Below are positions 26,415 to 38,220 of a stretch of DNA of 64,000 bases, piece after piece (position 1 is the first letter of the stretch; each line of letters starts with the position of its first letter). Source of the stretch: Octopus sinensis (Eukaryota); contig NC_043014.1 of the NCBI RefSeq assembly GCF_006345805.1, positions 32,550,001 to 32,614,000 of the forward strand, written 5' to 3'. Made by a program: the position numbers and the translations under genes. Under the pieces are notes generated by a model. The model worked only from the letters and a program-made list of their open reading frames with translations. It was not told where the DNA came from and ran no database searches.

Positions 26415-26806
26415 TTTTGTTCTTTTATTCTTTTACTTGTTTCAGCCATTTGACTGATCCATGCTGGATCACCGCCTTTAGTCAAACAAATTGACCCCAG
26501 GACTTATTCTTTGTAATTATTCTATCTGTCTCTTTTGCCAAACCACTCAGTTACAGGAATGTAAAACACACCAACATCGGTTGTCAAGCGATGGTGGGGT
26601 ACAAGCACAGACACACAAATATATACATACATATATATATATATATAACGGACTTCTTTCAGTTTCCATCTGCCAAATACACTCACAAGGCTTTGGTCAG
26701 CTCGAGGGTTATAATAGAAGACACTTGCCCAAGATGCCACACAGTGGGACTGAACTCAGAAGCATGTGATTTGGAAGCAAGTTTCTTACCACACAGCCAT
26801 GCTTGT
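26415..26806 (-). mobile_element. SINE family A
   Basis: Reverse complement match to family consensus. Confidence 0.85.
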
Positions 26807-26809
26807 GCC

Positions 26810-26847
<38 letters not shown>

Positions 26848-27064
26848 ATGGATGCGTTTTACCTGCTGCACATAAAAAAGCACAGCATGTAAAAGGCACC
26901 CATTACACTTTCAGAGTGGTTGGCAACAGGAAGGACATCCAGCAGTAGAAACCATGCCAAATCAGACTGGAACCTGATGCAGCTCTCTGGTTTACCAGTT
27001 CCAGTCAAAGATCTAAGCCATGCCAGCATGAAAAGTAAGATGTTAAATGATGATGATGATGGTG

Positions 27065-27095
<31 letters not shown>

Positions 27096-27106
27096 CCTCC
27101 TTCAAG

Positions 27107-27217
<111 letters not shown>

Positions 27218-27454
27218 TATGTATGTACATATGTGTAAATATATATACATATATTTGCAGACTGGTGTATGCAAATTACTAAAATATAGTTAACATATCA
27301 CTATATTAAAAGATAAAAATGTAAATCCTTGCGAAAAGGTGAATAAAGAAATGTTTAAACGACCATATGGAAGGTAAAATTTCCAATGATTAGATGGAGG
27401 CACTCCAATTTCAAGAATGTATCAGTTAAGGATTCACATCTTATATACTGTCAT

Positions 27455-29135
27455 AATAAGTAAATGAGTGTTTGGTTCTATAAAGAGCTATACATGTTAG
27501 CAGGAAGAGAAAATATTGCAGCAAGAATTGTGGGAAGTAAATTTAGAAAACATGATAGATTATAAGCAAGTAATTATTCATTAAGAGGAAGGTGTGGTGG
27601 GGGTGTGAATATAAATAGTAGGTGAAATGTAATTAATTATAGAGTTTAATGATCAATCTATCTAGATTGATCAAAACGTTGAATGGTATCTATGGTTACA
27701 AGAGTACATAGCATAAGTGCTCTGTAGAGATTCCTGCTACACAGAGGGTAAGAGTTTACGTAGGAAGTACTATTGATTTTAAGTGTCACTATAGGACTCA
27801 TTTGAATTCTTTTACTAACTTAAAATATAAATTCACAATGCTAGTCACAGATATACACATACTTAAGCTAAGGAATATACAATATTCATTACCTTGGTCT
27901 ATAATAGCAGAACCCCCTTGTATATTACAATTATATGTGTAATAAAATATTTTGAATATAATTTATCAAATTTTAGGTACATTTTATTTGGTTGACAGTT
28001 ATTAGGGATCAAATCACATTTATTTGTAGATGATTGTTATGTGGAGAGAGGAAACAAACGTGGGTGCAAAGAAACATATGATGATGAATATAACTCTCCA
28101 GAGATAAGTGAAGGCAAAACACTCAGTTAATGTAATCTTATCAAAAGTCCTGTTTGTGTATCGAATTAATAGGTCATTGCATATATCTATTGGACTATAT
28201 TTACACATGAGAATATTTAATACTTCTGTTGGGCATAGATGCATTACCTTCTAGCCCCATGTAGGAAAAAAATGTTCAAATCACAAACCAAGAATTTTAT
28301 AACTGGTTTTCTTCTCATTTTAAACACCACATCGATGCAGCCACTTAGATAATCTTCTGCTTATCGAAGTTGTTGAATGAGTGGGAGGAGGAAAACCCCC
28401 ACCCATGCTCTACTCTCCTTAACTGAAAGCTTCAAATATACCCACCTTGGGCAAGTGTCTTCTACTATAGCCCTGGGCCACCAAAGCTTTGTGTGTGGAT
28501 TTGGTAGACAGAAACTGGAAGAAGTCCATCGTATATGTGTATATATATTTATGTGTGCGTCTTTGTATCTGTGTTTGTCCCCCCACTGTAGCTTGACAAC
28601 CAATGTTGGTGTGTTGTTTGGCAAAGAGACCAATAGATAAGTACAGGCTTACAAACCTGGAGTCAAGGTAGCAAGCTGGCAGAAACATTAGTACACTGGG
28701 CAAAATGCTTAGCAGTATTTCATCTGTCATTACGTTCTAGTTCAAATTCCGCCGAGATCATCCTTTCATCTATTCAGGGTTGATAAATTATATGTGTATG
28801 TAAATTATGTATTAAAGAATACATAAATATTCTCTTTTGATATAACTCTACATTATTGAATAAGTTCGCAGATGCTATGTACTCTTGTAGCTGTAGATAC
28901 CATTTAACATTTAAGCATTTTGATCAATCTGGATAGCTTAATCATTAAGCTCTATAATTAGTTACATTCCACCTAATATCTTTATTCACACCCCACCTCA
29001 CCTTCCTCTTGGTGAATAATTACTTCCTTATAATCTACCATATTTTCTAAATAAACTTCCCACAATTCTTGCTGTAATATTTCCCCTCCCTGCTAACATG
29101 TATAGCACTTTATAAAACCAAACACTCATTTACTC
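27455..29135. repeat. Old inverted pair of LINE(L2/CR1)-like fragments (27455-27715 + / 28865-29135 -)
   Basis: ~260-bp arms, roughly 80% identical by eye; NIAARIV-like translation resembles the QNAAARIV motif. Confidence 0.65.
27941..28790 (+). repeat. Chimeric duplication: copy of 23300-23808 joined to copy of 31111-31462
   Basis: Junction at ccac(c)tt microhomology; the SINE A+B part shares private deletions with 31111-31462. Confidence 0.9.
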
Positions 29136-29206
29136 ATTTGTTTAAAATTTGGATAGGAACATTCTTTATTTGTGTGGATTACAGTACCCTTGAAATGACT
29201 CTCATA

Positions 29207-29990
29207 TTTCTTTTCTTTCAGTCTATCTTACAGACCAGACACATTCTTATCTGTCTCTTCTTCTATAATTTCTCTTGTCAAAGACAATATTCCTCCAGCA
29301 TATGCTACCTTACCTCGTCTTGCCTAACGATCCTCCATGTTTGTTTTCATTTGGTTTGTTGTACTCCACTGTCCTGTTTTTGTTACCAACTTAGGACAGT
29401 GGAGACATACAACAAACCATAAGAAAACAAACATGGAGAGCAGTTAGGCCAGATGAGGTAAGGTAGCAAATGCTGGAGGAATATTGTCTTTGACAAGAGA
29501 AATGATAGAAGAGGAGACACATAAGAATGTGTCTGGTCTGTAAGATAGACTGAAAGAAAAGAAAGATGATCATGTGAGGAAAAGAAAGATGGATGATGGT
29601 CACGTGTGAGCAACAAGAGAGTAAAGGAAAAAGAGGGAGAGAAAGAGATAGACAGATACAAAACGGTGAAGGGGAGAAACAAGAATTAGAGAAAGGATGA
29701 GAGAGATGTCTCCACTGTCCTGTTTTTATTACCAGCTTTGACCCTCCACAAATCCCAAATTTTATTTTGGTTTGCGGGAGCAACTGCCTTTCAAAGCCTC
29801 ATATTGTCGTTAATTTCTCGAAATGAGGAGTAGATTGACAGCCGACAATTGATGAAGGGTCATTCTTTATGTTACTTGTCTTGTTTTCCATTTGTTTTTC
29901 TCATTGTTCGTATATCCAAGTTTGTCATCATATTTCATGTTGTTTACATTTTGTGACGTCCTGTACCCATATATGCATATACATATACAT
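29207..29990. mobile_element. Penelope-like terminal-repeat remnant with internal inversion (fold-back 29207-29375 / 29393-29564)
   Basis: ~170-bp arms with a 17-nt spacer; junction motif ctccactgtcctgtttt recurs at 29364 and 29710; contains TGATGAAGGG hammerhead-type motif. The Penelope assignment is inference. Confidence 0.55.
29797..29863 (+). ncRNA. Candidate hammerhead ribozyme with non-circular permutation
   Basis: CCTCAT-A-TTGTCG (29797-809) / CTC-GAA-ATGAGG (29817-828) / CGACAA-TTGATGA-A-GGG (29843-859); stems I and III are 6 bp each and in exact catalytic register; C3 is U. Confidence 0.6.
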
Positions 29991-30136
29991 AAATATGTAT
30001 GTATGTACATATATGTACGTATATATGCATATATATATATATATATATAAATATATTTCATTTATATTATTATATATATATATGTATGTGTTTGTGTATA
30101 GATATGTATGTATGTATATGTTCTTGTGTGCATGTA

Positions 30137-30262
30137 CAGTGTGATTCAAAAGTTGCTATACATAAGAACAATTTATTTTTTTTATAAGAAGCAGTTTTTT
30201 ATTTCACTGTTTCTTATAAAAAAATATTTTTTCCTATGTATGGTGACTTTTGAATCACCCTG
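30137..30262. mobile_element. Tc1/mariner MITE (126 bp, almost fully palindromic)
   Basis: TA TSDs (30135-36, 30263-64); TIR cagtgtgattcaaaagt / acttttgaatcaccctg. Confidence 0.85.
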
Positions 30263-31774
30263 TATTTGTGTGTTTGTTTATACCATCATATCAGAAATAT
30301 ATGATTAGTTTCATAGAAATATCAGAAAGTATATCTCCTACATACAGTTTGTTTTACTCGGTTCAGCCGGGTCTGGTCTGATTTGGCCTTTTTTTTTTTT
30401 CTTTAATGTGGTTTAGTTCAGTGTGATTTAAGTTTAGCACTAGCCTTGTCTGGTTGAATTTAGTTCAGCTTGGTTTGGTTCAATTTAGTTTGCCTTGGCT
30501 CTGGTCATTTCAGTTTTGGTTTAGATTCAGCATCAATCATTTCAGTAAATATATTTAATCGAGGACATCTTTGCTTGGCACCAGTTTTAAAACTAAGTGC
30601 CAAAAAGCCATTTCAGATTCCTTCTCATTCAATTATTCACACTACAAACAATAAAACCAATTTCAGCAACATGTTTACCAATCTTTTGCCTATTTGCTGG
30701 ACCAAACCCAAAAATCTTGAAGTCTTGGAAAACACTAAATTTCATATAATAACTTGATTGCACAGAAAATTCCTTTATAATTGAACTGCTAAAGATGATT
30801 TACATAATGCCTACCTTCTGTAACATTTTAGATTTTAAAATAGCAAAATAGTCACAGAACCTATCAAACAACATATACACACACATTTAATACATGTATG
30901 TGTCCTTATTCATCCAATTATATAGAATATAATATGCATGCATAATCATAATCCCATCTTCCAATTTGGTCATCCCTCAATCCATGAAGACACATTCTAT
31001 GTGTTTTAATATATATATGTGTGTGTTTATATATATATATATATATATATATAGACATAGCTGTGTGGCTAGAAGCTTGCTTTCCAACCACATGGTTCCA
31101 GGTTTAGCTCCACTTGGGCAAGTGTCTTCTACTATAGCCCTGGGCCGACCAAAGCTTTGTGTGTGGATTTGGTAGACAGAAACTGGAAGAAGTCCATCGT
31201 ATATGTGTATATATATTTATGTGTGCGTCTTTGTATCTGTGTTTGTCCCCCCACTGTAGCTTGACAACCAATGTTGGTGTGTTGTTTGGCAAAAGAGACC
31301 AATAGAATAGGTACAGGCTTACAAATCCTGGAGTCAAGGTAGCAAGCTGGCAGAAACATTAGTACACTGGGCAAAATGCTTAGCAGTATTTCATCTGTCA
31401 TTACGTTCTAAGTTCAAATTCCGCCGAGATCATCCTTTCATCTATTCAGGGTTGATAAATTAAGTACCAGTTGCCTACTGGGGTCAATCTAATTGACTGG
31501 CCCTCTCCCACAAAATTTCGGGCCTTGTGCCTAGATTAGAAAAGAATAAATCCTGGGGTTGATTTCTTCAACTCATATCCTTTCAGGTGGTGCTCCATAA
31601 TGGCAATAGTCAAATAACTGAAACTTGTAAAAGAATGTAAACATACTTTTTGCACAGCACCAAGCAGTGTTTATGTGTAAGCAAACTTTAGGTTAGTTTA
31701 AATATTTTGGTGACATATTTCAAATTCGAAAGCCAAATTTAATGTAGTTAATGCGGAGTTACCTCAAATTATTG

Positions 31775-31922
31775 CAGTTACCATGGAGAAAAAAATTCTC
31801 TCTTATAGTAAAAGGTGTAAAAACATTGTATCTGTCTGAATGTCTGAAAGGGAACAGCACTGGGCAGATAGGGTGTTTCTTTACACCTTTTACCATAAGA
31901 GAATTTTTCTCCACAGTAACTG
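31775..31922. repeat. Fold-back palindrome/MITE, ~48-bp arms
   Basis: cagttaccatggagaaaaaaattctc...aaaaggtgtaa versus ttacaccttttaccataagagaatttttctccacagtaactg. Confidence 0.8.
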
Positions 31923-32114
31923 TTGTGATTTACCTTTAGAAGTTAAAATATGACACAAACATATTTTAGCTAACCTAAAGTTCACACACACATACACACA
32001 CACACACACAAGCATACACACGCAAACATAGGCACACATGCACACTCACACACATACATACACAAGGACACAAACACATGTGTCTATGTGCAACCCTAAT
32101 TTTGTTCTTCTAAG

Positions 32115-32188
32115 AACAGAATGGAGTAAGTGGAGCAAGAACACACATGGAAACAGAAAGTGTTGCTGAAGAGGACACAGATGTGTGA
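32115..32188 (+). CDS. Candidate terminal exon (EQNGVSGARTHMETESVAEEDTDV*) or microexon
   Basis: Branch-point ctaat (32096-32100), pyrimidine tract, taag| acceptor; open to TGA 32186-88; internal GTAAGT donor at 32126. Confidence 0.35.
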
Positions 32189-32380
32189 TGAAAGATTTCC
32201 AGACAATGGACAGATGTTAAAATAATAAGAACAGTAATAAACAAGTGAAGAAAAATATATATGTAGTGCGTTTATTTGGCAAACAAGAAGTAATAAATAA
32301 AATGACCATCCCTAAATACAACAATATCTGTTTCAACACACAATTTCACATCAGGAATCTTGCAATACAAATTGATAAAC

Positions 32381-32416
<36 letters not shown>

Positions 32417-32471
32417 ATGTATATACGTATGCATATGTATATGTATATATATGTGTATATATATATACACA

Positions 32472-32508
<37 letters not shown>

Positions 32509-33023
32509 TATGTAGGTATGTATATAACACCTAGATATTTAATGAGGTGACACAAAAGGCAGGAATACTCAATTGTGAAGTTGGTACTCCTGCATGGCCT
32601 TGGTCATGATGGTTCATCATCATTGACAAATTACCATGGTAAGTGAATGGACATACAGACAGATAGGTAGGCAGACAAACAGACAGACAGAGAAACAGGA
32701 AGACAGATAGATAGATAAATAGATAGGGAAAGCCAAATAGATAGACAAAAAGATAGACTAATACATAGACAGACAGACAGATATGCAGGGAAGTAGACAG
32801 TCTACAATATAGACATTTAGATATATTTTTTATAAAAACCTCTAAGAAAAATGCATAGACAACATACTACCTAATATAAGAACCAAGAAACTGACAATTC
32901 CAAATAAAATGGCAGAACTAGTATCATCATTTAAATTGCAGAAACTAAGGTAGGCAATGGAAATTCTTCTTCTTCTCAATTCCATTATGGTTTTCAATTT
33001 CCTAATTTGTATTTGTCACTCAC

Positions 33024-33140
33024 CTCGATTGATCCAAGAATCAGATGTCCAAATATCTCCAATTGAGACATAGGATTCTTCAATAACAGTCATCCAATCA
33101 GTTGCCAGTTTCTGACATTTTCTTCTCAGTCTAGTTCCAT
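33024..33140 (-). CDS. Candidate 117-nt phase-1/1 exon (DGTRLRRKCQKLATDWMTVIEESYVSIGDIWTSDSWINR)
   Basis: Perfect donor GAG|GTGAGT; open frame in non-repeat sequence; weak acceptor; no recognised homolog. Confidence 0.35.
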
Positions 33141-33203
33141 CTCAATAGCCATTGTCAAAACTGCCTTTATTCTAGATGTTGTTGTTGGTTGTAGTGGTGG
33201 CGG

Positions 33204-33234
<31 letters not shown>

Positions 33235-33344
33235 GGTGGTGCTGCTGCTGCTGCTGCTGGTGCTGCTGGTGCTGTTCGTGCTGCTGCTTGTGCTGGTGCT
33301 GGTGGTGGTGGTGGTGATTTTGCTTTCTCTTGTTGAAGCTATCA

Positions 33345-34325
33345 TTTAACACCAGATCAGGCCTGAACAAAAATATACTCTCCTTCATTTCCTACAATGC
33401 TCTTCCATCTATCTGGTAGACTTGCAAGACCCCTCTCCCAAAATTTACTTGTTCATGATTAAAAATTACTCTTCCAGTACTGAACTCATATTTTTTTCCG
33501 TCCAAATGATTTTGAAGATTGCAGAATAAATGATAATCAGATAAGGCAATGCCTGGTGAATATGATAGGTGAGGCATCGTTTCTCATTCAAACTGCTCCA
33601 GCCTTTGGAATGTCATCCTCACTGTACGTGGCTGAGCATTATCCTCATGGAAGAACACCTTTTGTCTTGAAACCAAAGATGGTCATTTTTCTTCTAGTGC
33701 TTGCAGTAGATCCCTTTTGTTATCATTTGGTTTGGGCTTAAAAGTTCAAAATGGACTAAACCTTTCATATCTCACCAAACAGATAACAACACCCAACGTG
33801 GGTGAAGACCTTGTTTAGCCTGGAGTGGAAGTGTTTCTCCTTTCCCTACCCACTTTCTTTGGCATTTGATATTTTTATAGAGAACCCATTTCTCATCACC
33901 AGTCACTATTCGGTCCAAAAAAGATTCACTCATGAGACTTGACAGCAAAGAAGAGCACATATTCATTCTCTGCGCATAATTAGACTCAGGAAGTTTGTGA
34001 GGAACCCACTGACCCAATTTGTTGACTCTTCGAATGGCACACAGGTATCAATGAATGGTTGAATGACCAAATTTAAGCTTCTCTGTTAGTTCCTCAAAAG
34101 TTACGATGGGATTTTGTTCCACCAGAGTTTGCAGGATGTCTTCATTGAGCTCTACAGATCTTTCAGTATGAGGCTCATCTTCTCTGCTGTTGTTTCTGGC
34201 TCAGAATTTCTGGAACCACCATTGACACTGGCTTACGCTTATTGTCTGATCCCCATATACTGCATTAATATTCCTTGCACTTTCTGTTGCATTGTTTCCT
34301 TTATTGAACTCATAAAGCAAAATAT
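33345..34325 (-). pseudogene. mariner (DD34D) transposase, near full length, decayed
   Basis: LYEFNKGNNATES...GQWVPHKL...FLDRIVTGDEKWV...YSPGIALSDYHLF, with stops and frameshifts. Confidence 0.9.
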
Positions 34326-34459
34326 GCCAAATATGTTGGCATTAGGAAGGGTATCCAGCTGTAGAAAATCTGTCAATCCTCAATCAAACAGTCCAACCCA
34401 TGCCAGCATGGAAATCAGACGTTAAACGATGATGATGATGATGAAATATATATATATAT

Positions 34460-34700
34460 ATGCAAGGGAGATTCAAAAGTTATACGCACTCTTGTTTTTT
34501 CAATGTATTTACACAAAAGCAGGGGATAAACAAGTACATCATTTTTCTATATAATCTCCTTCCTTTTCAGTGCACTTGGTCCAGTGGTCCACAAGCTTGC
34601 TTATTCCCTCCAAGAAGAAGGTTTTTGGTTGGTCGTGCAACCATTTATGCACTACTTCCTTCACATCTATATCCACAGGAAATCACCAACCTCATAAACC
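34460..34700 (-). mobile_element. mariner 3'-end fragment (different family)
   Basis: Minus strand VKEVVHKWLHDQPKTFFLEGISKLVDHWTKCTEKEGDYIEK*; TIR-like caagggagattcaaaag. Confidence 0.8.
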
Positions 34701-36389
34701 ATCTTTTTTGTCTTTAGGCTCCATTTTTCAGATCAGATTTATTACCAAATATGATAAATATTTTTAGCATATTAATAGCAACACCATACAAAATTGGAAG
34801 CAGAAACAGTTGTTAGATAGGATGCAGTCTATTTGTATTGAAATAATAAATAATAATTGATGTAAGTCAATTGTTGTTCATCAATATTTCTCCATTTTCT
34901 GTTTTCTTTATATATATATATATATATACATGCACACACATGCACATGCACACAACAGGCTTCCTTCAGTTTCTTATTTCTTTATTTCTTTATTGCCCAC
35001 AAGGGGCTACACACAGAGGGAACAAACAAGGACAGACAAACAGATTAAGTCGATTATATCAACCCCAGTACGTAACTGGTACTTATTTAATCGACTCCGA
35101 AAGGATGACAGGCAAAGTCAACCTCAGCTGAATTTGAACTCAGAACGTAGTGGCAGACGAAATACCGCTAAGCATTTTACCCGGTGTGCTAACGTTTCTG
35201 CCAACTCACCTGAAGGCTTCCTTCAGTTTCTATCTACCAAATCCACTCATGAGGTTCTGGTCAGCTATGGCTCTAGTAGAAGACACTTGCCCAAGGTGCC
35301 ACATGGTGGGTCTGAACCCAGACACATGTGGTTGAGAAGCAGGCTTCTTACCACACTGCTATACCTGCACCTATCCATGTGCATTTTTTTTTGCAGTAAT
35401 TATTTTATTCATTTTAACTTTTCATTGGATGGTATTAGCTAATCCTTAACAATTTGCTGTTGAGCAAATTGTTCATTTTTCCTGTGTATTAATCTTTCAC
35501 CATGTTTAGGAATACATTACTTTTATCACTCTTACTTTAGTTTCTATGTTTAATTCTTTCACAGTATGTTTAAACTCTATATTAATACTTGTTTGTTGCT
35601 TTTACCTCAGAGTAGGTCTTGAAGCTTATGATCTGTTTTTATAATGTTTTAATCTTTACTATTTTCAGAGCTTAACAGAGTAGGCTGATTTCAACTTTTT
35701 TTTCTTTCCATCATATTTCTATCAAAAAAAAGTCAACACTGTGGATGAAGAGTGTAATTTAGTCTAGGTTGAGTATACATTATGAAAGGCAGAGAAATTT
35801 ATCTTACTGAGTAGGTAGAATGATTTTCTTTTGAAGAGTATGTTAACTTATTGATATTGCTAATTTTTTTCTGAAAAAGATGTCAGTATTATAAAGAGCT
35901 TAGTATTGTTTAATAAATGTTCCTTAGTTATTGATTTGTTCGATATCTTTCTTTAACTGTGGAATTTCTTCTATGTTTTCTCTATTTTGAGGTCTTGTGT
36001 ATTTTTGAGATTTGATCAATTTCTGACAGAATTCTGTCATATACCTTTTCTATATGTTTTATTGCATATTTTCATATTTCCATAATATAGTAAACGGCTT
36101 TTCTTTGAACTTATAGCACAGTTCTAGATTTATATTTTTTAGTAAGACATTTCATATTTTTGCATGTGCTCCTTCCATTTTACTTGGAGCAGAACTGCTC
36201 CTAAATCCATCACCATATATATGAATATAAGTATGTGTGTGTATATACATATACATACACACACACACATCCATATATATATATGTATGTATGTATGTAT
36301 ATAGATATACATATATATCTTCATCAAATGCATTTTTGTACAAAGTCTATTGAGAGGACTTAATAGTCATATTATGATTCTTCAGCAAT

Positions 36390-36459
<70 letters not shown>

Positions 36460-36460
<1 letters not shown>

Positions 36461-37295
36461 CAAATCAAATCAAATCAAAATGGATGAACATCAATGGAAT
36501 TTGTATCTTTGTGGTACCAGTGCCGGTGGCACACAAGAAAACCATCCGAACGTGGCCGTAGCCAGTACCGCATCGACTGGCCTCCGTGCTGTGGGCACGT
36601 AACAAACACCATCCGATCGTGGCCGTTCGCCAGCCTCATCTGGCACCTGTGTCGGTGGCACATAAAAACACCATCCGAAGACCCGGCAAGACTAGTCAGG
36701 CCATAACCCGTGGCCCCTACCTGGGACGTAGTCAGTCCACCTGTGCATACCTTCCTTCTTGTGACACTTGTGAAGACCTGTTGAGGCAAGTGAAAATCAA
36801 ATCAAAACAAATCAAAATAGATGAACATCAATGGAATTTGTATCTTTGTGGTACCAGTGCCGGTGGCACACAAGAAAATCATCCGAACGTGGCCGTAGCC
36901 AGTACCGCATAGACTGGCCTCCGTGCTTTGGGGACGTAACAAACACCATCTGATCGTGGCCGTCCGCCAGCCTCATCTGGCACCTGTGTCGGTGGCACAT
37001 AAAAACACCATCCGAGCGTGGCCGTCTGCCAGCCTCGTCTGGCACCTGTGTCGGTGGCACATAAAAACACCATCCGAGCGTGGCCGTTCGCCAGCCTCGT
37101 CTGGCACCTGTGTCGGTGGCACATAAAATCACCCACTACACTCTCGGAGTGGTTGGCGTTAGGAAGGGCATCCAGCTGTAGAAACACTGCCAGATCTGAC
37201 TGGCCTGGTGCAGCCTTCGGGCTCCCCAGACCCCAGTTGAACCGTCCAACCCATGCTAGCATGGAAAATGGACGCTAAATGATGATGATGATGAT
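36460..37295 (+). mobile_element. RTE 3'-UTR element with ~220-bp internal duplication and 62-bp minisatellite
   Basis: 36460-36679 repeated at 36798-37017; 62-bp units start at 36946, 37008, 37070; (GAT)n tail. Confidence 0.9.
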
Positions 37296-37296
37296 A

Positions 37297-37330
<34 letters not shown>

Positions 37331-37346
37331 ATATATATATATATAT

Positions 37347-37420
<74 letters not shown>

Positions 37421-38220
37421 GTGGGTGAGCATGTATGTGTATATACATGTATGTATGCATGCATCGATGTGTATGTATACATATAAATAAATATATAAGA
37501 TACATATATGTGTAAATATATATAAATGAATATGCAATGTAAACACTTTAACTGAATTTGAATTAATGATCTAGGACCAATGGTTTCATGTTGACAGAGA
37601 GACAAACAGACAGACAGATATAGATATAGATATCTTTTTCCTATACAAAAGGGTTTTTCAACCCGATATTTATATGCTATCATATATAGCTTTATATGTA
37701 ATTTGAGATCATATTCCAAACAAGAATTATTCCCTGTTCTATTGAAAATTTATAAATTCTTATAACATCAACAACATACAATTCTTGCTTGTTAGAGTAA
37801 AGTTTCTAAAATGGATAGGGGAATTCAAAGGAATGCTTTGGTTCAATAGTAGAACAGCTGGCATGCCTACAAGAGATGTGGGTGCAAGTGTCATGAGCAG
37901 CCTTCAACTTTTTATCTAATAGGCGTTTCATAACCTAATATTTGCATGCTTTTATTTATAGCTTTGGGTCTACTAATATGATAGCTATTTCTTAAAGCAT
38001 TGGGTTGGCAGAATTGTTAGCAGGTCAAGCAAAATACTTTGTGGCATTTTGTTTTTCTTTATGTTCTGAGTTCAATTTCTGCCGAGGTCAACTTTGCCTT
38101 TCATCCTTTCAGAGTTGATAAATGAAGAACCAGTAAAACACTGGAGTCAATGCAATTGACTAGTCCCCTCCACCAAAGTTTCAGGTCTTGTGCTTTCAAT
38201 ATAAAACATTATTATTATTA

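Noticed and set aside
30470-30757. 95-aa ORF
   Set aside because: Starts in a degenerate pentamer repeat; no donor, motif or recognisable homology
33024-33140. Assignment to a Cys-loop/chemotactile receptor (IWTSD versus IWxPD)
   Set aside because: The conserved proline and spacing do not match; too weak to name
36946-37131. 62-bp repeats as a CRISPR array
   Set aside because: Contiguous tandem units with no unique spacers, inside an RTE 3' UTR; eukaryotic context, no cas genes
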